Assembly: GCA_965649765.1 (NCBI GenBank)
Contig: OZ287752.1
Span: 21,514,001 to 21,578,000, forward strand
DNA length: 64,000 nucleotides
Direction of reading: 5' to 3'
Origin: Bispira polyomma
Lineage: Eukaryota
Positions 36,891 to 51,897 of the stretch are shown piece after piece; within the stretch, counting starts at the first letter, position 1; each line of letters begins with the position of its first letter. The notes under the pieces were generated by a model. It had not been told where the DNA came from. It ran no database searches and saw nothing but the letters and a program-made list of their open reading frames with translations. A program made the position numbers and the translations under genes.

Positions 36891-38878
36891 TTACTCATTC
36901 AGATGTACCAAACTACATCAGTGACAAAGGTACAATTGTTCATGCTAGGAATTAACATACAAAAACTTAATGACCCCAGTATAAGGTAATTAATGAGATC
37001 AATGGGCATCAATAAACATCTTAAGGTCAAGTTAAAAATCCTTATTGATATACCCCACTCCTCAGATCATCAAAATAATGTGAAACCATGTACATGTTTT
37101 TACATTTTGAAAGTCTTTTACCTCACATTTTGAAAGTCCTTTACATTATATCATTTTCTCTGACTGCATAGTCACCCAACCGTTATATATTTATTGTAGG
37201 AAAGGCTCACTTCTTTATTAATCAGATTTTATGTTGCGTTATACTTATTGTGTCAGCAATTATGTCAATAGCTTTGCTTGGGACAATCATCAACGTTAAA
37301 CCAGCTTATCTAGATTAATGGGAAATTTAGAGAGCGGATCGTGCAGATGCATGAGTAGTTGTTGATATAGCAGCGGAGTAAAAACCTTTGTTTTCATGGA
37401 GTCTGATATTATGACGGAACACAACTCTAACATCTCGTTTTGGTAATGAGAGGTGAGCAGTGATTGCACTAAATTGACCTAACACGATTCCTTTAACTAA
37501 TTCTTTATGAACATACTAAACTGATTAACCGGGCTATTAAGGGGCAGGATGGTACTTTTTTCAATAGTTTGTTCAATACATATATGTGACTAGAGAAACC
37601 CAAACTTATGCCTGTACCTTTATACCTTCATACCTGGGCTGCAGTGGTTTCTTGCAGGCCTATATTTGGAGACCTCAGTGGCCATAATAATGGTTGATAT
37701 ATGTAAATCATAGATATGGTATTAATATGAACGGATTTCCTATCCAGGTCAATGAACTCAAATTTGGGTTCTGATAATTTGATAACATTTTTGGCTCCAC
37801 ATGGACCCTGAATAAGGCGTTTTCAGATATTACTACAGACTCTTTATTTTGTAAAGAGAAGGCATATCTTGGGAAAGCACTCAACATCAAATACCCATTG
37901 GATAATATACATCACCTCTTGGCCTGAGATAATGTTAGTACAAAAGCATTATCCAACCTCTATTCATCAGAATAAACTTGTTGACAACAACAAAAATACA
38001 ACATTTAGAAACTTTAGACACTTTGGCTGTACTAGCTGGATTGCTGACAGTCTCACCTGTTAAATTGTCACCAAAAGGTCTTCAGGGTTCTAACAGTAGT
38101 CCAGGGAGGGACAATGCATGGTATACTCAATATATGACTTGATATAACATTAGTTATGGATCACACACTTTGACAGCATTATTACTTCGTCCATTGTGAG
38201 ACGGACAATTAGTCATGGTTGGGGCATTTCTTAGAGGATATCCCCACACAGGTATAGCCTCACTAGGCCAACACATATGGGAATCAGGGCTAATGTATGT
38301 TAGCACCCTGGATGTCGACAGGAAGTAGTCTTACCCAGGGCAATGTCTGTAACTGTAAGTCAAAAGTCACTAATCGCTGGTTGATGGCTTTGTTCAATCC
38401 TGGTGTAATCTTGGCTTGGTAATAGTCAACATGCAAGTTAAATTGACTGACTGCAACTGTGGTGTGTGAATTACAGTAGGCCTGGACTGTGCTATGTCTC
38501 TTACTGGAGAAATGTGTGTGGTTTCGTCTGGCACTGATTATTGTTTGTACCATTCCTGGAAGAGTTGAATGGCAACACTATGGGAGTGCAATTTTGCATC
38601 CTGCAGGCTTCTACTCTGTCTTAGTAATATCAGCGTTGGTGGATTCTAATGGTTATATATTCGCCCATCGACATTTCAGAGTGTACAGGTTGTAATAAAT
38701 ACTACATCTGTGTTACCATCCACCTAATCTAAGGGCCCTAAAATATTGAACAACTTGATATATTACCTTCTTTTGTTGACCACCAGTAGTTCCATTTTTC
38801 AGATTATACAGCATGCATATCTGAGAATAGTCATACATTTTACAATTTACTAAGTTGCTGCTGTATATCGGTCATTCT

Positions 38879-39084
38879 ATGAAATGAAAAAATGAAAAAA
38901 AATGAAATAGTACATTTGTTATAGTGCATTTACAGAACACAGCGTCCTTTCAAATGTGCTTCCTCATGGGCAGCCACTATGGGCGCTAAGGTGCTTGAGG
39001 ATGACTATTTATCAACGTCCCCGAGGATCTTTAATCTGCCACTAGAGATTTTACTCAGTGACAGAGGACCGCCATTTTAAGTGG
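38879..39084 (-). mobile_element. 3' part of a Deu/Nin-domain SINE with L2-type tail (mirror copy 44923-45128 on +)
   Basis: ggtcctctgtcac...gtggcagattaaagatcc core; aagcacattt...aaatgcactata stem; (tttca)n tail. Confidence 0.6.
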
Positions 39085-40168
39085 CAAACTTGTGTTCACA
39101 TCTTGCCTCAGGATCTCTACAATCAATGTGACACCAAATAATATATTAATCATGCACAACCGTTTACATGGTACCAGTAATTTTCAAAAGGTGGATTGCC
39201 CTGTATTACAGATTTTTCATTGACCTTAGTTGGTCAGAAGGTTATTCAGATACTATACTCAGGAGTATTGATGAATATCTGTATACATACTATTCATGAT
39301 CATTATCAGTTGATGACATAGTCAGCTGTCACTTATATAAACTGGAAATAAGTTTATCGTTAGACACATCAAGCTAGACCTATCAGCTACGATTTACTAG
39401 GCCTTGAACAGGGCAAGATATATATCGATACATGTCTCTTCAATAGGGTACAGACAGATTAATGTCCTATTTCAAATGGTGACAGTGTAAGGAAAATGGA
39501 TTTTAAAAATCTCTAAAGTCTGTTAGGCACACTAAGGTTTCATAGCCCAGAAAGATAGTAGAACATTCTACCAAGGTAACATCCTTCGACATTCATGTTG
39601 ACTCAGTAGGTAATGCTTTAGGTGATGGGATGATGCCTGGAAAATTAATTATCAGGACAGCTTTCTGACTGCTTGTGCCAGAAATGTAGTCATGGAAATG
39701 GCCGTTCACATTATAGTCAAAATGAATACACATTCTTGGTAAACTAAAGAATATGGCACATTTTTTGTATCATTAGCAAGACACTGGACACCAATATCAG
39801 CAATTACATGCATATATCAGTAATTCAATCTAGACACCTGTTCATCGAGAATTGTTATATGCAAATTGGGATATTTTCGAGGGCAGTGTTTATGCATTGC
39901 CCTTGTCAGTCCTCCACAAGCTTCAATTCATGAGGGTAACAGTATGTTGTCGAGACAGGTAAAACTATTAAGTCAAGAATAAACAACCCCCATGTTACTA
40001 AGTAGAAATTCAGGTAAAGGGTTTTGATTGGCTGCAGCAAATAAGCTAAGTGACTTACTAATAAACAATTATTAGTTTAAACATTGCCACAGACAAATGT
40101 GGCAGGAACTTTTAACCTATAGTTTCCCCACTAGGTAGCTTCTGGCTACTACAACTACTTACAGACTT

Positions 40169-41617
40169 CTACATACTTTTAGACCTCCCGTCTTTGCTGA
40201 GTCGAGACGGGGAACTTTTCCGGAGGTTCCTCATGCTGGTCTCTGTGACACTGTCGCCCTCTCCTCCAATTCTGGAGCATCTAGACACATCATGGACTTC
40301 CTGATGGGGTGGTGACAATCCCTGACTGGACATTGCGGTTGGCTTGAAGCCTGAAGACTTGACATGTCTGACGATGTGTGATCCAAGAAATGAGAAGCAC
40401 GTCATCAGCCAGTTCTCTCACTCTGTGAAATCAGGTGGGGCTTGTCCAGATTTCTTAACCATCAACTTTCTGAAGCGTGTCCTCTGTGACTTAAATCAAG
40501 TCCTAACCTCGTTGGTTTTCAAACCACGGGTAGCTGCAAAATCAGACCACAACTTCTTGAGTGACCTGTCCTTAAACTGTTTGTGGCGCTTGTTAAAAAG
40601 AACCTCGTTGTCTCTGACAAAATCCACCACTACGTCTTCGTCCTCCTCTGTGAGTATAACATGGAGCATTTTACTTCCCTTCTTCAAGCTTCCCCTGTAC
40701 TGTGAAGATCCAGGCAATCCCTCTGAGGAATCCTTCACTTCTTGTGAACCATCCTCTGCTCTCTTACTCATTGTCAGACTCCCTCTCTCATTTCTCGTCT
40801 TTCTCTCAATCTCATCAGACGAGGCTCCCACTTCAAACTCCCTCTCCTTCTACTTCTTTACAATCTTCCTCTTTAATCTCCTTAATCTTGGCATCTTGAT
40901 ATGAAAGTTGTGTTATAAAAGAAACCTAAGCTATAAAACTTTCCCTATTTCAGTACATTTAATTAAAAACAATAAAAACCCCTGCACAAAAAAAACACAA
41001 CTTCAATTACCAGTCAGCAATCTCCAAATACAACGAGTCCAGTACAGACGGGATGTACTGCATAAGTTCGATCCTATTGGTCGGTACTGAATACGTCAGA
41101 TTCTACTGCTGATAAGTTCTGTTCTATCCTCCCCCGGTCAATCTTTTATCTCTCCCGGCAGATCTGATAGCCAATACGTTATGTCCTGCTGTGTTAAGTT
41201 CGATCGGGATAAAAAAACGTATTCACACCAAGTTCTGCCGGGGTGACAAAAAGTACGATCGGGGAGTATTACGTCAAGTCGGAAGTCAAATAAGTTCTAT
41301 CGGATTGCCAGCCCGGCCTGTCCTATTCCAAAAGGGGCGGATCCCAATAGGACAGGCCAGGCCAAAAATAGGACAGGCTGGGAGTTCGCCCCAACCTATC
41401 CGACTAAACGTATTGACAATAGGATCGAATGTATTGATGGTCCTCATTTTGAGGTCCGGGACCAAAAGTCGGGACACTTTTCAAAATATCAAACTTTTTG
41501 GATATTATCCCCGACCTTCCCGATTCCCCCGTTGTTGGTCCCCGACCTCCCCATACGTGTCCCGGACTTTAAAGTCAGGAAGGTTGCGGACCAAATCCTG
41601 AATGTGGAACCCCCACT
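40169..41617 (-). mobile_element. Truncated PIF/Harbinger-like element: one terminus plus MADF/Myb-like pseudogene (40169-40894), left-arm copy
   Basis: Reverse complement of 42391-43839. Confidence 0.65.
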
Positions 41618-41879
41618 TAACATAAGTTTCCAAGCAAGCTTTAGAAACTTCACTGCGTTTTCCTGATTGAGGCAGGTATAAATTTCCTCTGTTTAAATAT
41701 CCCACATCCTAGCTTATTTAGAGTTATTGGCTTATAACAAGATATATATTGTTTTTCTTTGAAAATAATGACAAACAATAACTTAGAAATCACCAGCTTT
41801 GTATCAAAGGTATAACTTAAAAGTCATATGTATATATTAGGAGAAACAACATTCACATTGGGGAAAATTCTCTTGTAGT

Positions 41880-42128
41880 CTAGGTATAGAACGATAGCAG
41901 CGTTATCAAAAGAAGCTATTTTTAGTAAAATAGTACAGATAAAGCGCTAATATTTGTACCAATCACATTTCAGATTAATTTATTGACTTCACCCGGGAAA
42001 TCCCCTAAAACACAGTTTAAACATAGTCTCCATTAAACTGTTATTCAGGAACTTTGAGGAATGAACCCTTACTATATCTACACAAACTGTCACTTAGGCA
42101 TTAATTTATTTATTTATATTCCAGCAAA
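41880..42128. other. Unique 249-bp spacer (loop) of the giant palindrome
   Basis: Non-palindromic AT-rich sequence between tcttgtagt and actacaaga. Confidence 0.95.
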
Positions 42129-42390
42129 ACTACAAGAGAATTTTCCCCAATGTGAATGTTGTTTCTCCTAATATATACATATGACTTTTAAGTTATACCT
42201 TTGATACAAAGCTGGTGATTTCTAAGTTATTGTTTGTCATTATTTTCAAAGAAAAACAATATATATCTTGTTATAAGCCAATAACTCTAAATAAGCTAGG
42301 ATGTGGGATATTTAAACAGAGGAAATTTATACCTGCCTCAATCAGGAAAACGCAATGAAGTTTCTAAAGCTTGCTTGGAAACTTATGTTA

Positions 42391-43839
42391 AGTGGGGGTT
42401 CCACATTCAGGATTTGGTCCGCAGCCTTCCTGACTTTAAAGTCCGGGACACGTATGGGGAGGTCGGGGACCAACAACGGGGGAATCGGGAAGGTCGGGGA
42501 TAATATCCAAAAAGTTTGATATTTTGAAAAGTGTCCCGACTTTTGGTCCCGGACCTCAAAATGAGGACCATCAATACATTCGATCCTATTGTCAATACGT
42601 TTAGTCGGATAGGTTGGGGCGAACTCCCAGCCTGTCCTATTTTTGGCCTGGCCTGTCCTATTGGGATCCGCCCCTTTTGGAATAGGACAGGCCGGGCTGG
42701 CAATCCGATAGAACTTATTTGACTTCCGACTTGACGTAATACTCCCCGATCGTACTTTTTGTCACCCCGGCAGAACTTGGTGTGAATACGTTTTTTTATC
42801 CCGATCGAACTTAACACAGCAGGACATAACGTATTGGCTATCAGATCTGCCGGGAGAGATAAAAGATTGACCGGGGGAGGATAGAACAGAACTTATCAGC
42901 AGTAGAATCTGACGTATTCAGTACCGACCAATAGGATCGAACTTATGCAGTACATCCCGTCTGTACTGGACTCGTTGTATTTGGAGATTGCTGACTGGTA
43001 ATTGAAGTTGTGTTTTTTTTGTGCAGGGGTTTTTATTGTTTTTAATTAAATGTACTGAAATAGGGAAAGTTTTATAGCTTAGGTTTCTTTTATAACACAA
43101 CTTTCATATCAAGATGCCAAGATTAAGGAGATTAAAGAGGAAGATTGTAAAGAAGTAGAAGGAGAGGGAGTTTGAAGTGGGAGCCTCGTCTGATGAGATT
43201 GAGAGAAAGACGAGAAATGAGAGAGGGAGTCTGACAATGAGTAAGAGAGCAGAGGATGGTTCACAAGAAGTGAAGGATTCCTCAGAGGGATTGCCTGGAT
43301 CTTCACAGTACAGGGGAAGCTTGAAGAAGGGAGGTAAAATGCTCCATGTTATACTCACAGAGGAGGACGAAGACGTAGTGGTGGATTTTGTCAGAGACAA
43401 CGAGGTTCTTTTTAACAAGCACCACAAACAGTTTAAGGACAGGTCACTCAAGAAGTTGTGGTCTGATTTTGCAGCTACCCGTGGTTTGAAAACCAACGAG
43501 GTTAGGACTTGATTTAAGTCACAGAGGACACGCTTCAGAAAGTTGATGGTTAAGAAATCTGGACAAGCCCCACCTGATTTCACAGAGTGAGAGAACTGGC
43601 TGATGACGTGCTTCTCATTTCTTGGATCACACATCGTCAGACATGTCAAGTCTTCAGGCTTCAAGCCAACCGCAATGTCCAGTCAGGGATTGTCACCACC
43701 CCATCAGGAAGTCCATGATGTGTCTAGATGCTCCAGAATTGGAGGAGAGGGCGACAGTGTCACAGAGACCAGCATGAGGAACCTCCGGAAAAGTTCCCCG
43801 TCTCGACTCAGCAAAGACGGGAGGTCTAAAAGTATGTAG
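42391..43839 (+). mobile_element. Truncated PIF/Harbinger-like element: terminus, GC-rich subterminal repeats and MADF/Myb-like pseudogene (43114-43839)
   Basis: tta|agtgggggttccaca start; repeated gtcggg/cccgac/ataggac motifs. VVDFVRDNEVLFNK.HKQFKDRSLKKLW..FA......EVRT*FKSQRTRFRKL..KKSGQ...W....FSFL..HI fits MADF. No transposase or second TIR. Confidence 0.65.
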
Positions 43840-46800
43840 AAGTCTGTAAGTAGTTGTAGTAGCCAGAAGCTACCTAGTGGGGAAACTATAGGTTAAAAGT
43901 TCCTGCCACATTTGTCTGTGGCAATGTTTAAACTAATAATTGTTTATTAGTAAGTCACTTAGCTTATTTGCTGCAGCCAATCAAAACCCTTTACCTGAAT
44001 TTCTACTTAGTAACATGGGGGTTGTTTATTCTTGACTTAATAGTTTTACCTGTCTCGACAACATACTGTTACCCTCATGAATTGAAGCTTGTGGAGGACT
44101 GACAAGGGCAATGCATAAACACTGCCCTCGAAAATATCCCAATTTGCATATAACAATTCTCGATGAACAGGTGTCTAGATTGAATTACTGATATATGCAT
44201 GTAATTGCTGATATTGGTGTCCAGTGTCTTGCTAATGATACAAAAAATGTGCCATATTCTTTAGTTTACCAAGAATGTGTATTCATTTTGACTATAATGT
44301 GAACGGCCATTTCCATGACTACATTTCTGGCACAAGCAGTCAGAAAGCTGTCCTGATAATTAATTTTCCAGGCATCATCCCATCACCTAAAGCATTACCT
44401 ACTGAGTCAACATGAATGTCGAAGGATGTTACCTTGGTAGAATGTTCTACTATCTTTCTGGGCTATGAAACCTTAGTGTGCCTAACAGACTTTAGAGATT
44501 TTTAAAATCCATTTTCCTTACACTGTCACCATTTGAAATAGGACATTAATCTGTCTGTACCCTATTGAAGAGACATGTATCGATATATATCTTGCCCTGT
44601 TCAAGGCCTAGTAAATCGTAGCTGATAGGTCTAGCTTGATGTGTCTAACGATAAACTTATTTCCAGTTTATATAAGTGACAGCTGACTATGTCATCAACT
44701 GATAATGATCATGATAGTATGTATACAGATATTCATCAATACTCCTGAGTATAGTATCTGAATAACCTTCTGACCAACTAAGGTCAATGAAAAATCTGTA
44801 ATACAGGGCAATCCACCTTTTGAAAATTACTGGTACCATGTAAACGGTTGTGCATGATTAATATATTATTTGGTGTCACATTGATTGTAGAGATCCTGAG
44901 GCAAGATGTGAACACAAGTTTGCCACTTAAAATGGCGGTCCTCTGTCACTGAGTAAAATCTCTAGTGGCAGATTAAAGATCCTTGGGGACGTTGATAAAT
45001 AGTCATCCTCAAGCACCTTAGCGCCCATAGTGGCTGCCCATGAGGAAGCACATTTGAAAGGACGCTGTGTTCTGTAAATGCACTATAACAAATGTACTAT
45101 TTCATTTTTTTTCATTTTTTCATTTCATAGAATGACCGATATACAGCAGCAACTTAGTAAATTGTAAAATGTATGACTATTCTCAGATATGCATGCTGTA
45201 TAATCTGAAAAATGGAACTACTGGTGGTCAACAAAAGAAGGTAATATATCAAGTTGTTCAATATTTTAGGGCCCTTAGATTAGGTGGATGGTAACACAGA
45301 TGTAGTATTTATTACAACCTGTACACTCTGAAATGTCGATGGGCGAATATAGAACCATTAGAATCCACCAACGCTGATATTACTAAGACAGAGTAGAAGC
45401 CTGCAGGATGCAAAATTGCACTCCCATAGTGTTGCCATTCAACTCTTCCAGGAATGGTACAAACAATAATCAGTGCCAGACGAAACCACACACATTTCTC
45501 CAGTAAGAGACATAGCACAGTCCAGGCCTACTGTAATTCACACACCACAGTTGCAGTCAGTCAACTTAACTTGCATGTTGACTATTACCAAGCCAAGATT
45601 ACACCAGGATTGAACAAAGCCATCAACCAGCGATTAGTGACTTTTGACTTACAGTTACAGACATTGCCCTGGGTAAGACTACTTCCTGTCGACATCCAGG
45701 GTGCTAACATACATTAGCCCTGATTCCCATATGTGTTGGCCTAGTGAGGCTATACCTGTGTGGGGATATCCTCTAAGAAATGCCCCAACCATGACTAATT
45801 GTCCGTCTCACAATGGACGAAGTAATAATGCTGTCAAAGTGTGTGATCCATAACTAATGTTATATCAAGTCATATATTGAGTATACCATGCATTGTCCCT
45901 CCCTGGACTACTGTTAGAACCCTGAAGACCTTTTGGTGACAATTTAACAGGTGAGACTGTCAGCAATCCAGCTAGTACAGCCAAAGTGTCTAAAGTTTCG
46001 AAATGTTGTATTTTTGTTGTTGTCAACAAGTTTATTCTGATGAATAGAGGTTGGATAATGCTTTTGTACTAACATTATCTCAGGCCAAGAGGTGATGTAT
46101 ATTATCCAATGGGTATTTGATGTTGAGTGCTTTCCCAAGATATGCCTTCTCTTTACAAAATAAAGAGTCTGTAGTAATATCTGAAAACGCCTTATTCAGG
46201 GTCCATGTGGAGCCAAAAATGTTATCAAATTATCAGAACCCAAATTTGAGTTCATTGACCTGGATAGAAAATCCGTTCATATTAATACCATATCTATGAT
46301 TTACATATATCAACCATTATTATGGCCACTGAGGTCTCCAAATATAGGCCTGCAAGAAACCACTGCAGCCCAGGTATGAAGGTATAAAGGTACAGGCATA
46401 AGTTTGGGTTTCTCTAGTCACATATATGTATTGAACAAACTATTGAAAAAAGTACCATCCTGCCCCTTAATAGCCCGGTTAATCAGTTTAGTATGTTCAT
46501 AAAGAATTAGTTAAAGGAATCGTGTTAGGTCAATTTAGTGCAATCACTGCTCACCTCTCATTACCAAAACGAGATGTTAGAGTTGTGTTCCGTCATAATA
46601 TCAGACTCCATGAAAACAAAGGTTTTTACTCCGCTGCTATATCAACAACTACTCATGCATCTGCACGATCCGCTCTCTAAATTTCCCATTAATCTAGATA
46701 AGCTGGTTTAACGTTGATGATTGTCCCAAGCAAAGCTATTGACATAATTGCTGACACAATAAGTATAACGCAACATAAAATCTGATTAATAAAGAAGTGA

Positions 46801-47141
46801 GCCTTTCCTACAATAAATATATAACGGTTGGGTGACTATGCAGTCAGAGAAAATGATATAATGTAAAGGACTTTCAAAATGTGAGGTAAAAGACTTTCAA
46901 AATGTAAAAACATGTACATGGTTTCACATTATTTTGATGATCTGAGGAGTGGGGTATATCAATAAGGATTTTTAACTTGACCTTAAGATGTTTATTGATG
47001 CCCATTGATCTCATTAATTACCTTATACTGGGGTCATTAAGTTTTTGTATGTTAATTCCTAGCATGAACAATTGTACCTTTGTCACTGATGTAGTTTGGT
47101 ACATCTGAATGAGTAACATTACGTCGCCTTTAACAGCTTAA

Positions 47142-47709
47142 GGTTGTTAGCTACCATTTTTTCCCAAAAAAATAAATTTCAATATTTTTTCATGAAAATT
47201 GCAGAAAATGTACTTTATTAAATTGTCTATTAGGAATGAGGTGTCATTTTGCCTTTTTATGAGCCACTCTACTATAAATATTATGTTTTTCTCCAGAAAT
47301 ATTCGAGATGTTTCCTATTATTTCAATAGAAACACAAGGCTTTGGGCCCTAAAGATTCTAAACAAACTGAGATTTTTAAAGATTTATCGCTGTAACCCCT
47401 GTTTTTTTGCTCATATTTAGTTAGAGTTCATAATTTACCACAACTTGGAAGAAAAAAGTAAAATTCTGTAGGGTGAAATTTTTTTAAAGTACCTTTTAAT
47501 GGAATTTTTTCTTCCCAAAACAGGCTTTTCCATTGAAAACAATATGCAAATAAATGAAAATACATACCACATTCAAAGCTCTGTGGCTTTTGAAAGAGCC
47601 TAGTGTGACATAGTTTTTTTGATATTTTTGTTCAACATTTTAATAAAGCTTTTTATAAAGTTTTTTTTTTTGAAAATCTGTGGGGTAAAAAAAATGGTAG
47701 CGAACAACG
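47142..47709. mobile_element. TTAA MITE, right-arm copy
   Basis: ttaa|ggttgttagctaccatttt ... aaaatggtagcgaacaacg|ttaa. Confidence 0.85.
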
Positions 47710-50700
47710 TTAAGTCTTATTATATTTAATGGTGGAGCAAACCAGTGCTGTAAATCACTGGTCTATGGCAAGTACCTAACAAACTTTCCCAAATGAAAGA
47801 ACAAACAGGATTCAAACCACGTTGGTAATTATGACCAATAATTGTGTGGCTGATGCTTTTTACTTGTAGGCAATCCTGGCCCCTAGATACCCAGATTGAG
47901 TTATGTAACAGGTTTTCGAGAGTAACTGCCCATCATGATAACGAGTCACCAATCTGATTTTCTTTATGTCTGCCCTGTGCATGATTAAATTTATTGTAAC
48001 ATGATGTAAGATATCTTGTCTTATCTGAGTTTAGAACTGAGAACACTGCCTTGTTATCATAATATGTTATCACTTTTTTCAATGCCAGACCAAACTCGAT
48101 ACGCATAAAATTTTTGAGTATGTTTATCACTACTAAGTCTAAACTTACCATTATGGATTAAATTTGGTGGTCCTATCTAACATCAAAACCCTGCAGACAA
48201 GTAAATTTTGACTGACAAACGTCTATGATCCAAAAGACTTTGCCATTAAACTTTAGGAATAATTTTCTGAAGCAGTTTAAGTCTTGAAAAAAATATATAT
48301 AGACATATAATAGAGAACCGAATAACGATTCTATGTTTTGTACAAGATGTTTTTGATTTATAATGATAGTAGGCTTATCATCAGGAACTAAAATCTCATT
48401 TTATTCTGTGACACTCAGCTGCACAGATATGTATCCCTTGTGTTAGCTATAATTAAGTTTTTCATGACTGATATGGAAATCAAACTTAACAAGTAGTAAG
48501 ATCTTCCATTGAAGAAATAGGTCATACATTTTTATGGTAACATGCTTCTGCGGACCATGGTAACACAATCATTAGTAGCTTCTTCACTAGTGGCCTTCAA
48601 GTCTTGGGACCATTTAATAAATATTTCACGATATTTGTCTAATATGGTTTGCTTGTTAATTTTGCTTTCAACTTTACTTCTGGATATAGTTGTCTGTAGA
48701 GAAATAACAGCTACAATTTGTGAGGGTTTTAGAATCTTCAATTTAGAATACAAATTCAACAAAAATTGGCTTATAAATGCAATATGACAACCTGAAATTT
48801 GTATGTGTGAATAATCATGTAAAACGGCATATTATATACTTGAAAAAAGTGTCTTTTATTGGGGGTAGAAAACTGGCCTTTATTTAAATGACACATTTAA
48901 GCCTAGACATTAAATGTTTTTGCACTTGATGTCAACAGTTCATTAAACTGACCTGACCAACCCCCAGCTACATTTTGAATGGTTTTTGTTGATTATTGAT
49001 TAAACATATTATAATTTTCCTCAACATGGATTAAGAATTGAGTATCACCTCTAATGACTAATTATTAATCAATACTGCAACATGTATTAAAAAGTCTCAC
49101 TCAGTGCTAAATCAATATGGCCAAGTTGTGTCAGCCACTAAGTGTTAACAAGTTTACATTCGAATGTTATATGAAGGTTCACTATTTTATTGACCTATTT
49201 AGCCAATAATTAACACTTAAGGTTTTAATTGCTTTTCAGGCTTTTTTTATAGTTAAGTTTCAAAATTAACTGATACTGGTTCACTTGAATAAATCCAACA
49301 TTTGGAAAGGCATCTGTTCATTTACAGACAATAATTTAACCTCTATTTAAGACCAAAAACGTGATATGGGCCGAAAATATGAGGTAAGCCGAAAATAGGA
49401 GGATTAACCCTATATTCATAAACCCCCTTAAAATTATGGAGAATAAACATTGTCTCTAATCCCACTGTTTCGGGTATTTTGTAATACTGTATAAGTTACA
49501 ATAACATACAAGAAGTGACTTATGCTGTATTAATTTTGATCACAGTAGGATAATTGCTTTTTGGTCTACTTTTCAATTTTTTTTTCTGCATGCTCTTAAG
49601 GCACATTTCGTCAGTATATTTATTTGAAAATGGCCATCATACTCCACGAAAAAATAATGGTAGTACACAAGGCAACACTGAACAAATTAAAAAACTAAAC
49701 TAAATTATCAATGGGATATAATATATTTTTAAATGTTAACAATTCCATCACACGTTTTATTAACTTAGGTGTATTACTTCATGTAAGTAATATTCCAACA
49801 AGGAAGTTTGAAAAACGGCAAAATCTATATACAACATGACCCTAGTGTCAAGTGGTTCTATTCATGTTTCGAATGCATTAATAAAATAAAGAATTAAAAA
49901 TATACCACACACCAAGAGGAGGAAAGTAAGGCCTTAATGCCATTTGAATACTATACTTCATATATATTAGCTGAACATATTTGCCAAGGACCCAGAAAGT
50001 TGAATGGGTTTGCCCTGTCAATATTATTTCACTACATTTTTATCACTTTGACCAGTGTAAGATGACGATAACTTTTAATCTATCAATACACCCACCTTTG
50101 TCAAATATGTAACATATATGTCATAAGTAACTTACTACAAGTTGTATTTGCCTTTTTTAATATCAGTTTTCGTTGTTATGTGCCATTTCATAAATAAAAG
50201 TAGACCTTCAAGCATTCTCAAACAACAGTAATTATGTCCTTTTTGGGTTTTAATATGACTCACTAATAGCTCAATTGTAAACATATAAATTTTGATGATT
50301 TCACATATGTAAATAAATTTTTGAAAATTAAGAAAAATATACTGTCTTTTCACTGTAAATATGTCATGAATGGCCTTATGCCTGATTTACACTATTCAAA
50401 ATAAGTGCCTCATAGCAACTGTATTAATATCAATAGAAGAAATCCCCACCTAACTTAACTAGGTCAGTCAATATAATCACAAGACTTCACTTTAACACAA
50501 ATCCATTTTACTTTGTAATAAAGTACTGACATCTAGTGTCTAAATTGGATAACATGTGTATAAGTTTACATGACATGAGAGCATTCAACCGCTTTGTATA
50601 ATATTTTATCTCAGGTATTGCAATGCAATTTAAGGTCATATATAATATAAAAAGACTTAAAAAATATAGTATTTAACCTAGCAATGTGGTAACTGTATGT

Positions 50701-51897
50701 ACACTTAATCCAACATAATATGTCTGAAATAGGAATTAAAGTGTCATTAAAGCCACTAATATTTCAACATATTGGTTGCAAATAAGGATGAGTCATCATA
50801 ACATTCTTTAGTTAGTAAAAAAAACCCACTGAAATAGACGTTACAGGAGTGTCTTAATTTCAAGGAGAATGAATGTTTACAAAGGCATGCTCCCATTCAG
50901 TTTACCCAGCTCAATATGAACTAAATATAGCTTTTTAAAGGTAGAATATTTACACCAATAATATTTAAGATTCAGTACATTGATTGACTGGGGAAAATCC
51001 CTAAGATTGTATGAGCATTTGGAATTACTGTATTATCCTTCCTTGTCAAATGCACGCTAAATATTAGTGAAACTATGCTATTCAAAATATAGCACATTTA
51101 GTTCTATCCACGATAAACTGACTTCAATACTGCATCAAACTTGAGGGAAAACAAATTTATAAACTATTTTAATTAACCTAAATGTTGCATGTGATCTGCA
51201 TTTACAAATTTCAAAAATTTAAGTTGTCAGCTTGCAAACGTTATAATTGTAATATTATTATAATAAAGAATATTACTACAAACAGAGTTAACAGGTGGTG
51301 TAGTTGTAACACATTCACCTCCCACCTATCTAGTCGTGGGTTCCAATATGAGCCCTGTATTGTATGTGGGAAAGTTGGCAGTTTCCTTGTTTGCAGACGC
51401 AAAAACATTGACCAACTACTCTAACTCTGATTTCCAACACCAGTAGGCTGCACTTACTATGACACGTGATCTGCAGATCTGCACTTACTATGACAAAAGA
51501 TCTGTTGAAAGCAAAGTGGAACCCCCAACTAAACTATAAGCAGACTTACAATGTCCTCAAAAATTAGACCGAAAATAGACAATATGCACTCATTTTTTTA
51601 CCAAGTACAAATTTAAGTAAAAGAATGAGTCCTCTCTAGGCCCTTGCGTGTGTTACTATATCACCTTTGTATCAATAGATCAATTTTCAGCCAAGTATAG
51701 GGGGAGAAACATATTTGTAACTTTATTGTTAATTTTCCTAGTTTAGTTATGATCTTTCAGTCTCTTTCATAATTTCATTATGTTTACTAACAAATACTTT
51801 CAAATGATGCCTACATATAAGGCACTTGTAGTAGAAATTACTGATAAAGTTTGGTTTGTAAAAGGAAAATAATATAAATAAACTTTTACTTTTTGCC

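Larger units (their letters stand above)
26855..41879. repeat. Left arm of a giant inverted duplication (15,025 bp)
   Basis: Every ORF is mirrored, with coordinate sums of 84007-84008. Complementarity breaks at 26854/57154 and 41880/42128. Confidence 0.98.

Noticed and set aside
40344-41705. ORFs 40344-40904, 41191-41601, 41286-41477 and 41505-41705 (and their mirrors) as genes
   Set aside because: They are antisense to the MADF pseudogene or run through GC-rich subterminal repeats, and show no recognisable motifs.
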